A stretch of DNA of 63,451 nucleotides, the filler included, from Phoronis australis (taxonomy: Eukaryota > Animalia > Phoronida), in the NCBI GenBank assembly GCA_002633005.1. It is 3 parts of 3 records of this genome, joined end to end, with 100 filler letters (N's around TTAATTAATTAA, not from the genome) between each part and the next. Parts side by side here need not be neighbours in the genome. Positions count along the whole stretch, not along the records: positions 52,757 to 63,451 come from NMRA01001740.1; 2 more parts are not named here. One strand, 5' to 3'. Both the position numbers and the translations under genes were made by a program. The notes beneath the pieces were generated by a model. That model was not told the origin of the DNA. It saw only the letters and a program-made list of their open reading frames with translations, and ran no database searches. Below, piece by piece: positions 53,013 through 63,451 of this stretch. Numbering within the stretch: the first letter of the stretch is position 1; each line of letters opens with the position of its first letter.

Positions 53013-55963
53013 AAAGTTTTCCAGACTTATATTCATTTGGTCACGTGATGTGGCCAACAGATGGCGACTAGACTTGAAATGTTTTCACGTGCGCCGTATT
53101 GAGAATGAAGTTTATGTGCAATTTCACAAATGTATGTGTTCTAAAAGCTGACGTTTTTAGGATGGAGGGAGATTTAATAGCCGCATAAAAAGTTCAGGGA
53201 CCCAACGCCTGTAAGCACTGCGTAAGAAAATATCTGTGTGTTGTGTAGCGATCCGGAAAATCGGTCGAACATTTGCGCAATAACTTAGAAAGGCCGGGTA
53301 ACAAAAGATATATGATTCAATTTAATGAATATGGCAGCAAATAGACTTGTGAATGGACCACGAAACACAAGAATAAACTTTCTAAAAACTACGTCACAAT
53401 TTTCAGTGAAACTCTGTTTGGTCAATGACAAAACGGCATGTTGTGATTCAATGAGAGGCGTTCAACCGAGTGTTGGTGACAAGGGAGAAGAGCTCCTGTA
53501 AAATGTGTATAAGGGATGTGCAGCTCGGACTGATTCGCTACGAAAGTGTATTTTTGTCGATTAAATTCTCAACGAAAGGGTGCCTTTTCCGATTGAATCA
53601 TATACCAAAAAGACAAGTTTGCGAGTTATAGAAGCAAAATTTTGATGTTTGTGAAACCAAAGCTACGAGATGGTGACTATTTCAAGGAAGCTCCTTCTTT
53701 TGTGACTATTTACATACGGGTGTGATTTTTTAATTATGTATTTGTACTATTCGGTTAAAAACAGAATACGCCCAGGGCTATGATCAAGCGTACTATGATG
53801 CGCCTGTTCTTTGCAACCGTAGTGGTGACGATTATTGTAATTTTGCGTCTCTGAATCAAGTGTTGTAGAAAATCTACATCGGATCCGTACCAGACGGAAA
53901 GAAAATCTGCTGAAGGAGAAGGAAGGTCAAAGGTCACGAAGGAATGCAGCAACTGTCCAGATGCAGAACAAGGAAGAGGGATTTTGAAAAACTCTGTAAG
54001 TGATAAAGGCTGTTTTATTTCTTGCACAAAAATTGCTGAAAGCCACTTGGCACTGATAATAACATGCCTTGAAGGGGACTGACAAGCCACTTTAATCATT
54101 CTTTGTCTCCTGGTTAAGAAATTAACTACACTTCTATCTTTTCTCTGAGATGAAAAGGTGAATTTCTGTTAATTCGTTAGCCGTTTATGTACGTGCATAA
54201 CCATGCAAAGTTTTCACAGGATGATACAAACTGAGTGTGTGGATGTTGTCTTCTTTTAGTATTTGCCCATGTCAATATTTCACGAGAGTAAGGGTGTTTC
54301 TAGGTCATTCCGGAGTGTGGTCTGGAGACCCATTCGACGAGAAATGTTGACTAGTGCAACCGCACCAAAAATGAACACACTTCCACACGCATAGGCCTAG
54401 GTGTGCGGGAGGGGCGGCAAAACAATAAAATTTAGCAACAAACAACTTCCTTGTTAGAACAGACATGTCAACAAAACGTTTCCACCCTCTAAGTTATCAC
54501 AAGCATGTGTTGTCAAAACGAATAAACGAATGCCACTTGTTAATTCATCTGCTGTTTCAGAAAAACGTGAAGTTCGGGGAAGGTACTTCCGATCAACGAA
54601 GGCCGTTCTCTGGCGCCCCCTCGTGGTCGGCGTTTCATGCCAACAGAGGATTATCTGCAGAAAGTCAAATCTAACGTATGATGACATAGACTAAATACAT
54701 TCGTTGGCCTCTTTTAATGTTTTTCTTTCTATCGGGGATGTGGTGACCCGAACTGCCCTCGTAGTTATTAGCGAATGTTATTTTGTTAATGATCGTCATT
54801 TCTGTGGATCACTGAGAGATTCAAGTCCTGAAGTTGTTGTCTTGTTAGAGGGCACCATCGTGACGCAACGCATTTTCTTTCGGTTGAACGTTTTTTAAAG
54901 TAAAATCTGCCATATTTGGTGGTAGCAGTGAAGCACGGTAGCATTAACAGTCTCGCGGAGAGAGAGGCCACGATCGAGACAGGCCCGTGGTGAAAGAGGA
55001 GGAAGTCTCAGAAAGGTATCCTATTAATTTGTAACTTTTGGAGTAATGTAGAGCCTGCGCGATGTTGCGAGAGAGATCAGTTGCATGTAAACACGCTGGG
55101 ACATTATCGATTTTACTGCCGGAGATCTTGGGATTCCTGCTGGATGGGATGATTGCAGTTTTGAAGTTCCTAGCTTTGATCAGAGCTACCTTGCAAAGCG
55201 TCGTGTTTTTATGATTTTGATTACAACTCGCCAATTTTCGCTGTTGTCTGCCAAAGAGTAGTTGAAATCAAGCCCGGCGACTATGCGAGTTAATGCCTTT
55301 AAACATTGTCTTTCATCGACTGTGAATGAGCTCCGACGTTAGAGAGTTAGATTGCAGCGGTGTGGGGTTATAGGTTCGAATCCGCGCTAGGTTCATCTCA
55401 GGAGGTAACTTTCCTCGCCCATAATGTCCGTTTAAGCAATAGAATGGCAGTTAAGAGACTGCGGGTTCGAACACGCCGCGTGACTGATCGGAAGTTCACA
55501 ACTTTTGTTTATAATATTTTGAAAGAGTCAAAATTTGATTGAATCTTTTGGATTCTTTTGATTCATGAAGACATGTTGTTCCCTTTCAAAGGTTATGTTG
55601 TATGGCACTTAAGCTATAATAAACAGCCTGAGAAATACGCAATTTTACTAAATAAATTGCGGAAAATCTGTACATAGCTTGCCCTATGTTTTAAGACCAG
55701 TGTTGTATTGCATTGAATTAAGTACAGTTGTTGTTATTTTGTTTATTTATTCAGCTTCGATAAAGGATTTTAGCTCCATCAATATTTCTTTTAGTGGTTG
55801 CATACAGGGCTCGAAATATTACTATTATAACTAGGATTTCCCATTAATTGGTTAACTGGTTATTGGACATTTAGTAAACTGCAAGGAATTTTTGAGAGCA
55901 AGTTGGGTTTGCAGAAGCTATTCATAAAGATACACTGAGTCAAAGCGTGTTGCTCAAAGGTGA

Positions 55964-58900
55964 TTATTTATGAGGATTTAAAAGGATTTTACAAGCTTGT
56001 CCCGTAAAAAGCACACGGTAAGCCTCTTCGTACTCAGACATCGAAAAATTGTGGGAAACTATAGGACTTAGGTCTACTTTTCTTTCCACAAGAAGGCGCT
56101 CAACTTGTTCCCACGTGTGAAATATCCTTCTTCCATGGATGGTTCGTAATGTAAGCGACTTGAACACTGAAAGAGATAATCAATTATAATGCAAGTCTAT
56201 GAAACTTAGTACACGGAAACTCTTAAAATTTACTTTCGATTTAGATCGTTTATAGGAATGACATTGGTCTCAACATGCTCATTTCTTAAGTTAGAGGTTA
56301 TTTTTAGACTTGGAAAGAATCGATAATTCGTTTTTGATTGAAATCAGGCTCAACGAGTAGGATTGCCACAAGGGGTCGCTCTATGGACCTATTATGGTGT
56401 CCTATGGAATAGCGGATTTGCAGCGCAGACGAATTACGCATTGCGCATGTGCGAGTTACTTCCTTCGCGAAGGCTCATGGGATAGCTTGTGGTCAGGCAT
56501 GTCTTGAGTAGGCTGGATACTGTGTGCATTTGGAGTGATTTGCAAACTAAAAACCATGTTTCATTTTTTTGCTTTATAATACCAAGCAAGTCCTTTCTCT
56601 CGTTTGTAAACACAGCGTAGCTATGATCAGTGACCGTGTGACCGAGGGCACGACTGTCATCATGTTCATCGGCGTTGATTTCGAAATCTCCTCCGGGGTT
56701 TCAGACAAGTTGAGAGTTCTTGGGTGGCTTAACTTTTGTAACTTTCGCCGTGGATATGCTAGAGACGTTAATTTTAAGAGGAAACTCCGTCCGAATATTG
56801 TTCTCATAAGTCTTTTTTCCACCAGGAAAATGTTCGCTGCACACACGATGGCCCCTAGGCAATTACATCGCACTGGATGCCGCAGGCATTCAGGGGCGAT
56901 AGTACATCCTCACAAAAAGTTACTCATTTCAAAATACAGCAAATAAAATCAAATGAACCATACATATAGGAACACGGAGTTATAATTAACACATACCACG
57001 ACTTTGGATACAATTTAGTCACCAAAACTTGAACAAAGCGATGAAAATCTGTCGCGGTTTGTTCGAGTCGAGTTCAGTTCTCTCAGTTACCGGGTGCCAT
57101 TTTGAGGAAGTTACGTGAAATTACGCATGTTGACGAATAAAAAGTCCAAGGGACACACATCTTACAAGTTTCACCCGATACCTTCTCATGCTATTTTACA
57201 AGTGTCGCGCGCTAGCGTCACGCGCTTCGCTCAGTCTCGCGCTAACCGTACCCTTTGCCTACTAACTCACGGCGTGATTCAGTTGACATGCTTTGTGGTT
57301 ATCGCGCACGCGGTGATAAAATTAACGGCAACCAAAAAAGTGAAGTTGTAATTCTTCACCAAAGTCAACTTAATTCTCACAACTAAGCTTCATCAAAGAT
57401 ATGTGTAGAAGTAGAAAGGACCAATGATGAAAGTAAGTGTTTTTTAAAGTTTTAATTGTAGATTGTATTTTTGACGAGGTGAAAACTCGAAATCGGTATC
57501 CCAAATCCGGTCACGGCCAGTTTAAAATACACTGAAGTAAAGAAATGAATACAGAAAGCGAATGGAAGTATTGTAGCCCCTATATGGCCAACCGAGGGGT
57601 TACGTGTTGCCTACTAGATGGCCCCGCGTTGGTTTGAATGCGCTAAATCTCCCCTTACTCCCAGCTCTCCTAATGTTGTTTATCCATTTTTCACGAAGTT
57701 CTTGGTTTGCAGGGAACACATAAAAACTCAGATTTTTATCTCTCTTGTTGTTTTTGAAGCAGCCAGGAACACAACAAGTGTATCCGCCGTAAGTTTTCTT
57801 CGCGCTCATACCGCGTATTATGCTTGATACTATGGCCGCTTTCGGAATCCTGACCACAGCACCCACAATGCACCATATTAACCTAATTTCAATATGGCGT
57901 CGCTGCAAATCCGACTATCAGTGCCAGAAAGATTTTGTGAAATGGCCGAGTTTTAAATATGTTTGTGCATACATGTAGTGTCACGCTGTTGTACACAAAA
58001 AATCAAGGCCTAATTAACCTAATAAGTATATTTCCGTCTGAAAGCTGTAGTTTAACACCTGTTTAAATCAATATAGTGCGGCAGCAACCCTTCGTAACAC
58101 AAATTTCGTTGAAAAGACGACTGGACTTTTTGTTTGACAGCTTGCCTACAGACTCTCTCGGAGTGTCGAAAAAAGTCTCCTTTCTTCAGAGGTGCAGCTA
58201 TGTAGCAAAACACCGAGAGACATAAAAGACCGACAACTCTCACAAGTTCGCACGCCATCTTACAAAATTTCCAAGCACCTTGATCAAATCACCAAGCCGT
58301 ACATTCAGAGCAAACATTCTATCAAATCACGTGACGTGCTACGCACCTCAACTGTCCTGCCAGACTGCCAACCGATGTCACTTGATGTTGAGTCATTATT
58401 TACCAACTGAATGTGCTAAGTTGTTACAGAAACCATTGACATAGATTGTTTCGACCTGTTTAAATAAGAAACTTTAGATAGAAAGATTTACCTTACCTAT
58501 ATCTTGCAGCACATTCTCCACGTGCAGCGGAGTCTTTGGAAGCCCAACCATAACTATGACGCCCCCTTTTCTCAAATATTTAAAGCTTGAATTGACCATG
58601 ACACTTGCACCACTCATCTCACATACTCGTCCAAAACCGTCTTTGTTCGTCAACTCCATAGTAACCTAAAACACATTTTGCCTAAAACAACGTGGCTTGC
58701 ACTTTGGCGGTTTAAAGAGGTTGCCTACTTATAATTTCTTAAAGGCACATACTGCAATGTCGTTAAAAGCCTCTGTTGGCATGGAAAAGACTTTAGATTT
58801 TGTTAATACGAATTAGCGTTCCTAATCTTACGAGATTATACAAACAAAAGGACGAGAGGTTATCTGACCATCTTGCAAAATAACTTCTGAAATTAGAAAC

Positions 58901-61900
58901 GTAAGAACGTACGCTACTGAAACAAATTAAATATAGATTATCACATGGCGAAGTCGTTATCCCCCGTTATCTAGAGCCCGAGTGGATTTTGGAGAATTAT
59001 CGCCCGAGGGGCGTTAGCCCCGAGGGTGATAATTCTCCAAAATCCACGAGGGCTCTAGTTAAGGGGGATAACGACTGAGAACATGTAATAATCTATTTAT
59101 ACCACATACTGAACGAGAAACATTGTAATGAATCGATCTACCTTTCTCGACTCGCCTCNGAGGGGCGTTAGCCCCGAGGGTGATAATTCTCCAAAATCCA
59201 CGAGGGCTCTAGTTAAGGGGGATAACGACTGAGAACATGTAATAATCTATTTATACCACATACTGAACGAGAAACATTGTAATGAATCGATCTACCTTTC
59301 TCGACTCGCCTCTGCTTTGTAACTACTTTCTATAACAAAATACAAATAAAGTGAATCTATAAATTAAAGTTTAGCAACTATTATAGCTTACTACACATTT
59401 TATCACGCTAAGCTTCGACCGGGAAAATATCGTCTGCTAAAGTAGGTTACCAATAGTAACTGAGTATAATGCTCAAGTCAAAGGATCCAGACCACACGAC
59501 ACCTGCATTCAAATTGGAGATAGGTGATTTACAACTGAGAGAACACGAGAGAAAATTTCACTGAATTGAAATATGGAAATTATGCGTCTTATTTTTCATA
59601 GCGTATAATTGTCGGTGCAATGCCCTTTGCTGAACATGCGATTGTTGCGCGTGCTCATTTAAGTATTCTATTTTCACGTTCGATGACGTCAGCCGCTGAG
59701 TGGTGCAGTGGTAAAGTCGGCGAGTCGCGACTGTTGAGGCCCGGGTTCGAATCCGGCCTCGGTTTCCCGCCAAAATGTTATCTCATTAGTGAGAGAACTT
59801 TATGGATTGTATCTGCCATTCGAGGCTAATATTGTGGTATAAAAGAAAACGTTTTACACATTATTTTAAAACCATTGTTACTACTCAGCACTATTTCATT
59901 TCCACGTAGCTTTATAACAGAATTATAGACTAAAAATGATTTTATCCTGTAGCTATTCCACCAGGGCTGAGTTCCGTAGAGTAAAGAGAAATCACGTAAA
60001 TTTTCGAGATATCGCCATATATTACAGCTGAAGCACGGAGTCGCACCACCTTTTCTCACGAATGTCTTGGTATATATGGAACGCAGCACCGGGTATCCGC
60101 CGGAATGTACACTTTGATACGTTTTGACAGAGCTCACGTTCGCGGTCGTAAACAAAAGTTTTCTAGTTTTAAATTGCCAAATAAACTTATTCTAAGTCTG
60201 AGATATTTTTGAACTTCCGTTTTTAAAAATTCAGCATTTGTCCTTTTTGCTAGCGATACATTTTCACATTGACAAAACTTTACGAAACACAACTCCGCAT
60301 ACCTGCAACAAATCTCTTTCTAACGTGTTCACGGTTACGTCTGCTCCCATTTTCTTCGCCAGTTCAAGTTTTTTGTTGTCAATGTCTGCTGCCACAATCC
60401 TGGAGGCAAGACGTGACATAAATACGTATTCTGTTAGCACACGAACTCAGGGGCTTAACTTCTGGTGGTGTTGAAGTTGACCCCCAAAAATTGTCCATTT
60501 AGTTGCACAAATGAGAGGACAAGTCCAAATGAAATAATAAAATGGTGTTGAAATTGTTATGACGAAGTTTTCACTTATATTCAAACATGAGATAACCTTT
60601 TGACTTGGCTTTAAAAGGGAATTCTACCTTTTAATTCGTTTTTGGATTTTAATAAAGCATTATGAATTTTTTAGTAGATTTTTACAAAACGATATTGAAG
60701 ACCCACGCAGCGATCAAGGCAGATACGCAAGTTAAACACGAACAAACCAAACTAATCAGTGATCCCCATTGGATCAGTGGTTTTAACATGTTTACTTAGG
60801 AACGCAAACTTCCCGCAAAACATATACCAGCAATAGTACTCTTAGATGACGCAAAATATTTTTTGAAGGATCACAATCGCTTCAAGGGACAAACGGCACC
60901 TTTTGAGATTATTTTTTGGGTAAAACGGCGTTTTGGGGTTATTGATCACCACCAGAGCTGTAATACAGCAACATTCGTTGCGTTTTGTGATTTAACATGG
61001 CCGATTCCCGACCTTGGCTTCCAGGCATTCGGTACACACCAAATTGATAAAAATCAGAAAGGGTGACATTCCTCTAAAATCCAACGCGTCTGCTCGTCTT
61101 AATTGTGGACAAGGTTTCGAGCGGGTTTTGGAAATTGGGAAAATAACGTTTTGGGAAATTGTCTACACCTGATGAATTTGTTTGCAAGCTCATTGTTTTG
61201 AAGAGTGTTAAGTGGCTTTCTAAGAAGTTGCAAATTAACAGTTTCTTTCATAAATGTTTTTGGGGAAATCTATTCCATTTCTTTTCCTCAGTTTTTTTCA
61301 CAGACTTCTAATGACGGTCACATTTTAAGATTCTCAAACAAAAATAAGCAAACCTGTCAGGAAAGCTACCGCGGACAGCTTGGGAAATTCAGATTTGTTT
61401 TTGTTCGCTCTAACAAACACAACATGTCCGTTGATTCTAGCCCGGATGTGATGCCAGATCCCGTGATGCGCAGCCTGGCCTTCAGCCAAAACAATCAACT
61501 GTGGCATTGTGGGTGAAATAGCGGTTGGTCTCTAGGTAATTGCGACTTCGTGTTTTATAAAAAAGCCAACAAAACAATCATTTAGCCTACCTTTCATAGG
61601 TCCATTCACTAACCGAATTTGGAGGGTTATGATCTTTGAACATAAGTTACGCTCCTTGACGAGTAAAACGAAATAGGAAATATTTAGATGCAAGTCATTG
61701 ATAATCTTTAAAGGGACATTACCGGTTTTACGACCGAAAAACGCATTTTCGGGATTATTGCTGGATGGGTTAGACTTCGTGAAGTTATTAACTTTCACTA
61801 GAGCTATCACGAAACACGTGTTTTCGGGATTACATATCGCAACTCTCTGCCAGACCGTCTTTTGTTGAAATCAAGGCCGGTGTGTATACCATTTTATGTA

Positions 61901-62221
61901 AAGCTTGAGAATCGTGTTCTAGTCTTAATAGTAAAAATTAAAATACATTGAACGTGCTGAATGAGCAGCAAACGTCAGATGAAAGAAAACGTTATTACAT
62001 GTAGAAAAGCACTTCGAAATGTGCAAACCAACATGCGAACAGGATAAATAAATTCGCTGAAAGCAAACACCTCTTTGCCCCCATAGCTTTAGCCATGCTG
62101 CAGGCGATCAGTCCGACCGGCCCCGCACCAATTATAAGTAGGTCTTCGGCTTCCACTTCCAACTGTTCCATAGCGTTATGTGCGACACCTGCCGGCTCCA
62201 TAAGAGTTGCTTCGGACGGCG
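55964..62221 (-). CDS. tdh: Zn-dependent MDR-family L-threonine 3-dehydrogenase-like (bacterial tdh type), 3' exons 62071-62221, 60303-60399, 58497-58665, 55964-56166
   Basis: In-phase GT-AG exons give ATLMEPAGVAHNA...LIIGAGPVGL..CSMAKAMGAKR|IVAADIDNKKLELAKKMGAD..|..DGFGRVCEMSG...LRKGG.IVMVGLP...DI|VFKSLTLRTIHGRRIFHTW...VDLSPIVSHNF...GQACKILL*. EMSG and FK.LT..I.GR..F.TW are tdh hallmarks. Confidence 0.88.
56409..57918 (-). mobile_element. THAP-encoding non-autonomous TIR element (ISL2EU/PHIS-like) in a tdh intron
   Basis: TIR ATAG(T)CGGATTTGCAGCG at both ends; the outer AT may be a 2-bp TSD. Minus-strand THAP CCVPGC...FYVFP....REKWINNIRR...RGH / RVCSEHFPGGKK..FP. Confidence 0.85.
56856..57616. 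mobile_element. 761-bp insertion with a 9-bp TSD splitting the THAP domain (MULE-like by TSD length)
   Basis: GATGGCCCC duplicated at 56847-56855 and 57617-57625; ends TAGGCAA...TTGCCTACTA. Confidence 0.85.
58230..58440 (+). mobile_element. Penelope-like RT fragment in a tdh intron
   Basis: LSQVRTPSYKISKHLDQITKPYIQSKHSIKS...MSLDVESLFTN. Confidence 0.85.
58933..59843. mobile_element. Element with a 164-bp terminal hairpin and short subterminal inverted repeats (Crypton-like non-autonomous, tentative)
   Basis: Inverted repeat 58933-59096 centred on CCCGAGGGGCGTTAGCCCCGAGGG; TTTATACCACA (~59096) is inverted at TGTGGTATAAA (59833-59843). Confidence 0.55.
59692..59766 (+). other. tRNA-like Pol III promoter cassette (SINE head or tRNA pseudogene)
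   Basis: A box TGGTGCAGTGG and B box GGTTCGAATCC at tRNA-like spacing; the acceptor stem pairs poorly. Confidence 0.6.
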
Positions 62222-62319
62222 CTGTGTGTAAGAACGACTGAATACTGGTGATATAGTCAAAGGAAAGATCAATTGTCACATCAACTCGAAATAAAATATA
62301 GAAAGAGATAAAATTTGTG

Positions 62320-62356
62320 TTATTATTATCATTATCATTACTACTATCGTTACTGT

Positions 62357-62410
<54 letters not shown>

Positions 62411-62418
62411 TATTATTA
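62320..62418. repeat. (ATC)n/(ATT)n microsatellite, intronic
   Basis: Directly visible trinucleotide run. Confidence 0.95.
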
Positions 62419-63451
62419 AATTCATGACGCAGTACTTTTGTGCGTAATGTATTCATGTGTTCTAATATTCTTTAACACAAATATGTCAAAAATAATAAAA
62501 ATTATAAAAATACCCAAGTTAGAAATCGAGTATTTGGGTTTAAAATTGTGTTTGTGATTATAATAGCGTCATACAAACATCGTATTTTGCTTTTAAAAGT
62601 CGTTGTAGTTGTTGTTTAATTGTTATTGTAGTTCAAGTTATTGTTGTTTTTGTTGTTGGTATTGGTAATGTTCTTGTTGTTGTGGTTGTTTTGTTTTCAC
62701 ATGTTGTCGCTCTTCAATTGTTTTTATATAATTTGTACTCAAAACAACAATTAACAAGCGGCGAATGTAATTCGATAGTAACAGAAATTACTATTAGAAG
62801 TTATTACGTTCTCTTCGATCGCTAAAGAAGTAGCTAAGATTAGACTAATTGCCTCAATTGTGCCCATTAAACGAAGACCAATCCTGTATACCTTGCTGAA
62901 AGCCAGCTGATACGTGCGAAAATTTTATATTACACGATGTTGATGATCACAGAGCTGATCTCGCACAATATGTACAGTCAATGCCCAACATGCAGTTACA
63001 TGGTGAGTAATTTGATGTCACTTTGAGACATAATAAGAACTTGAAAGATTAAAAGGCCATGTACAAGTTCATCGACCTCTATCTACTCTAAACGATTGTT
63101 GTGTACGATTTCGTACAAAATTTGTTAGCTCCTCAACTCCTGACGGTACACCTGTCTACACAACCCGATTAGTCACGACAATCGCATACGACTAATAAGG
63201 ATGTATAGACAGGACCTCAGAGAGCAGAAATGCCCTTAAACTATTGGTTTTATTTCGAAACGAGGCTTCCAAGAAAACTTGTTTCTTAGGACGCCAAATT
63301 ATTTATTTTTTAACTCAGTATTTGAATATTTAGCCATGTGAAGAACTTTAAGACCGTATCTCTCTAACGTCTCACTTATTAGCGGGGCAGATAGTGGAAA
63401 AATCATGCATTTGATGATACAAGCACCAAAATTGGCATGGTGACATCCTAA

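Noticed and set aside
59007-59311. Duplicated right half of the hairpin
   Set aside because: Joined at an n (59159); likely an assembly overlap.
59692-59766. Functional tRNA gene
   Set aside because: A and B boxes are present, but the acceptor stem is poor and the context is a repeat; similar heads at ~33400, ~52950 and ~55370 suggest SINEs.
62222-62456. Poly-Asp N-terminus of the 153-aa ORF
   Set aside because: An intronic (ATC)n microsatellite read through upstream of the true acceptor at 62221.

Overview
Eukaryotic genomic DNA, most likely from an invertebrate animal: AT-rich, with GT-AG introns and draft-assembly gaps. Two host genes flank about 50 kb of dense, partly nested mobile DNA. 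On the left is the 3' part of a spliced DCAF6 (IQWD1) WD40 gene (+). On the right is the 3' part of a spliced Zn-dependent, bacterial-type L-threonine 3-dehydrogenase-like gene (-). The most notable interior block (about 6-23 kb, all minus strand) holds an almost intact six-exon DUF7869/Sola-like DDD transposase gene, a 1.85-kb 83-bp satellite with palindromic cores, and a coiled-coil + BEN-domain gene with tandemly duplicated upstream exons. Other elements: a Sola3 element with both ends, Harbinger MITEs and a Harbinger Myb gene, THAP elements (one split by a nested insertion with a 9-bp TSD), nested long-TIR elements, a 164-bp hairpin element, and Penelope, Hero, Copia, Gypsy and Bel/Pao remnants. 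All family assignments come from motifs recognised by eye; no database search was run.
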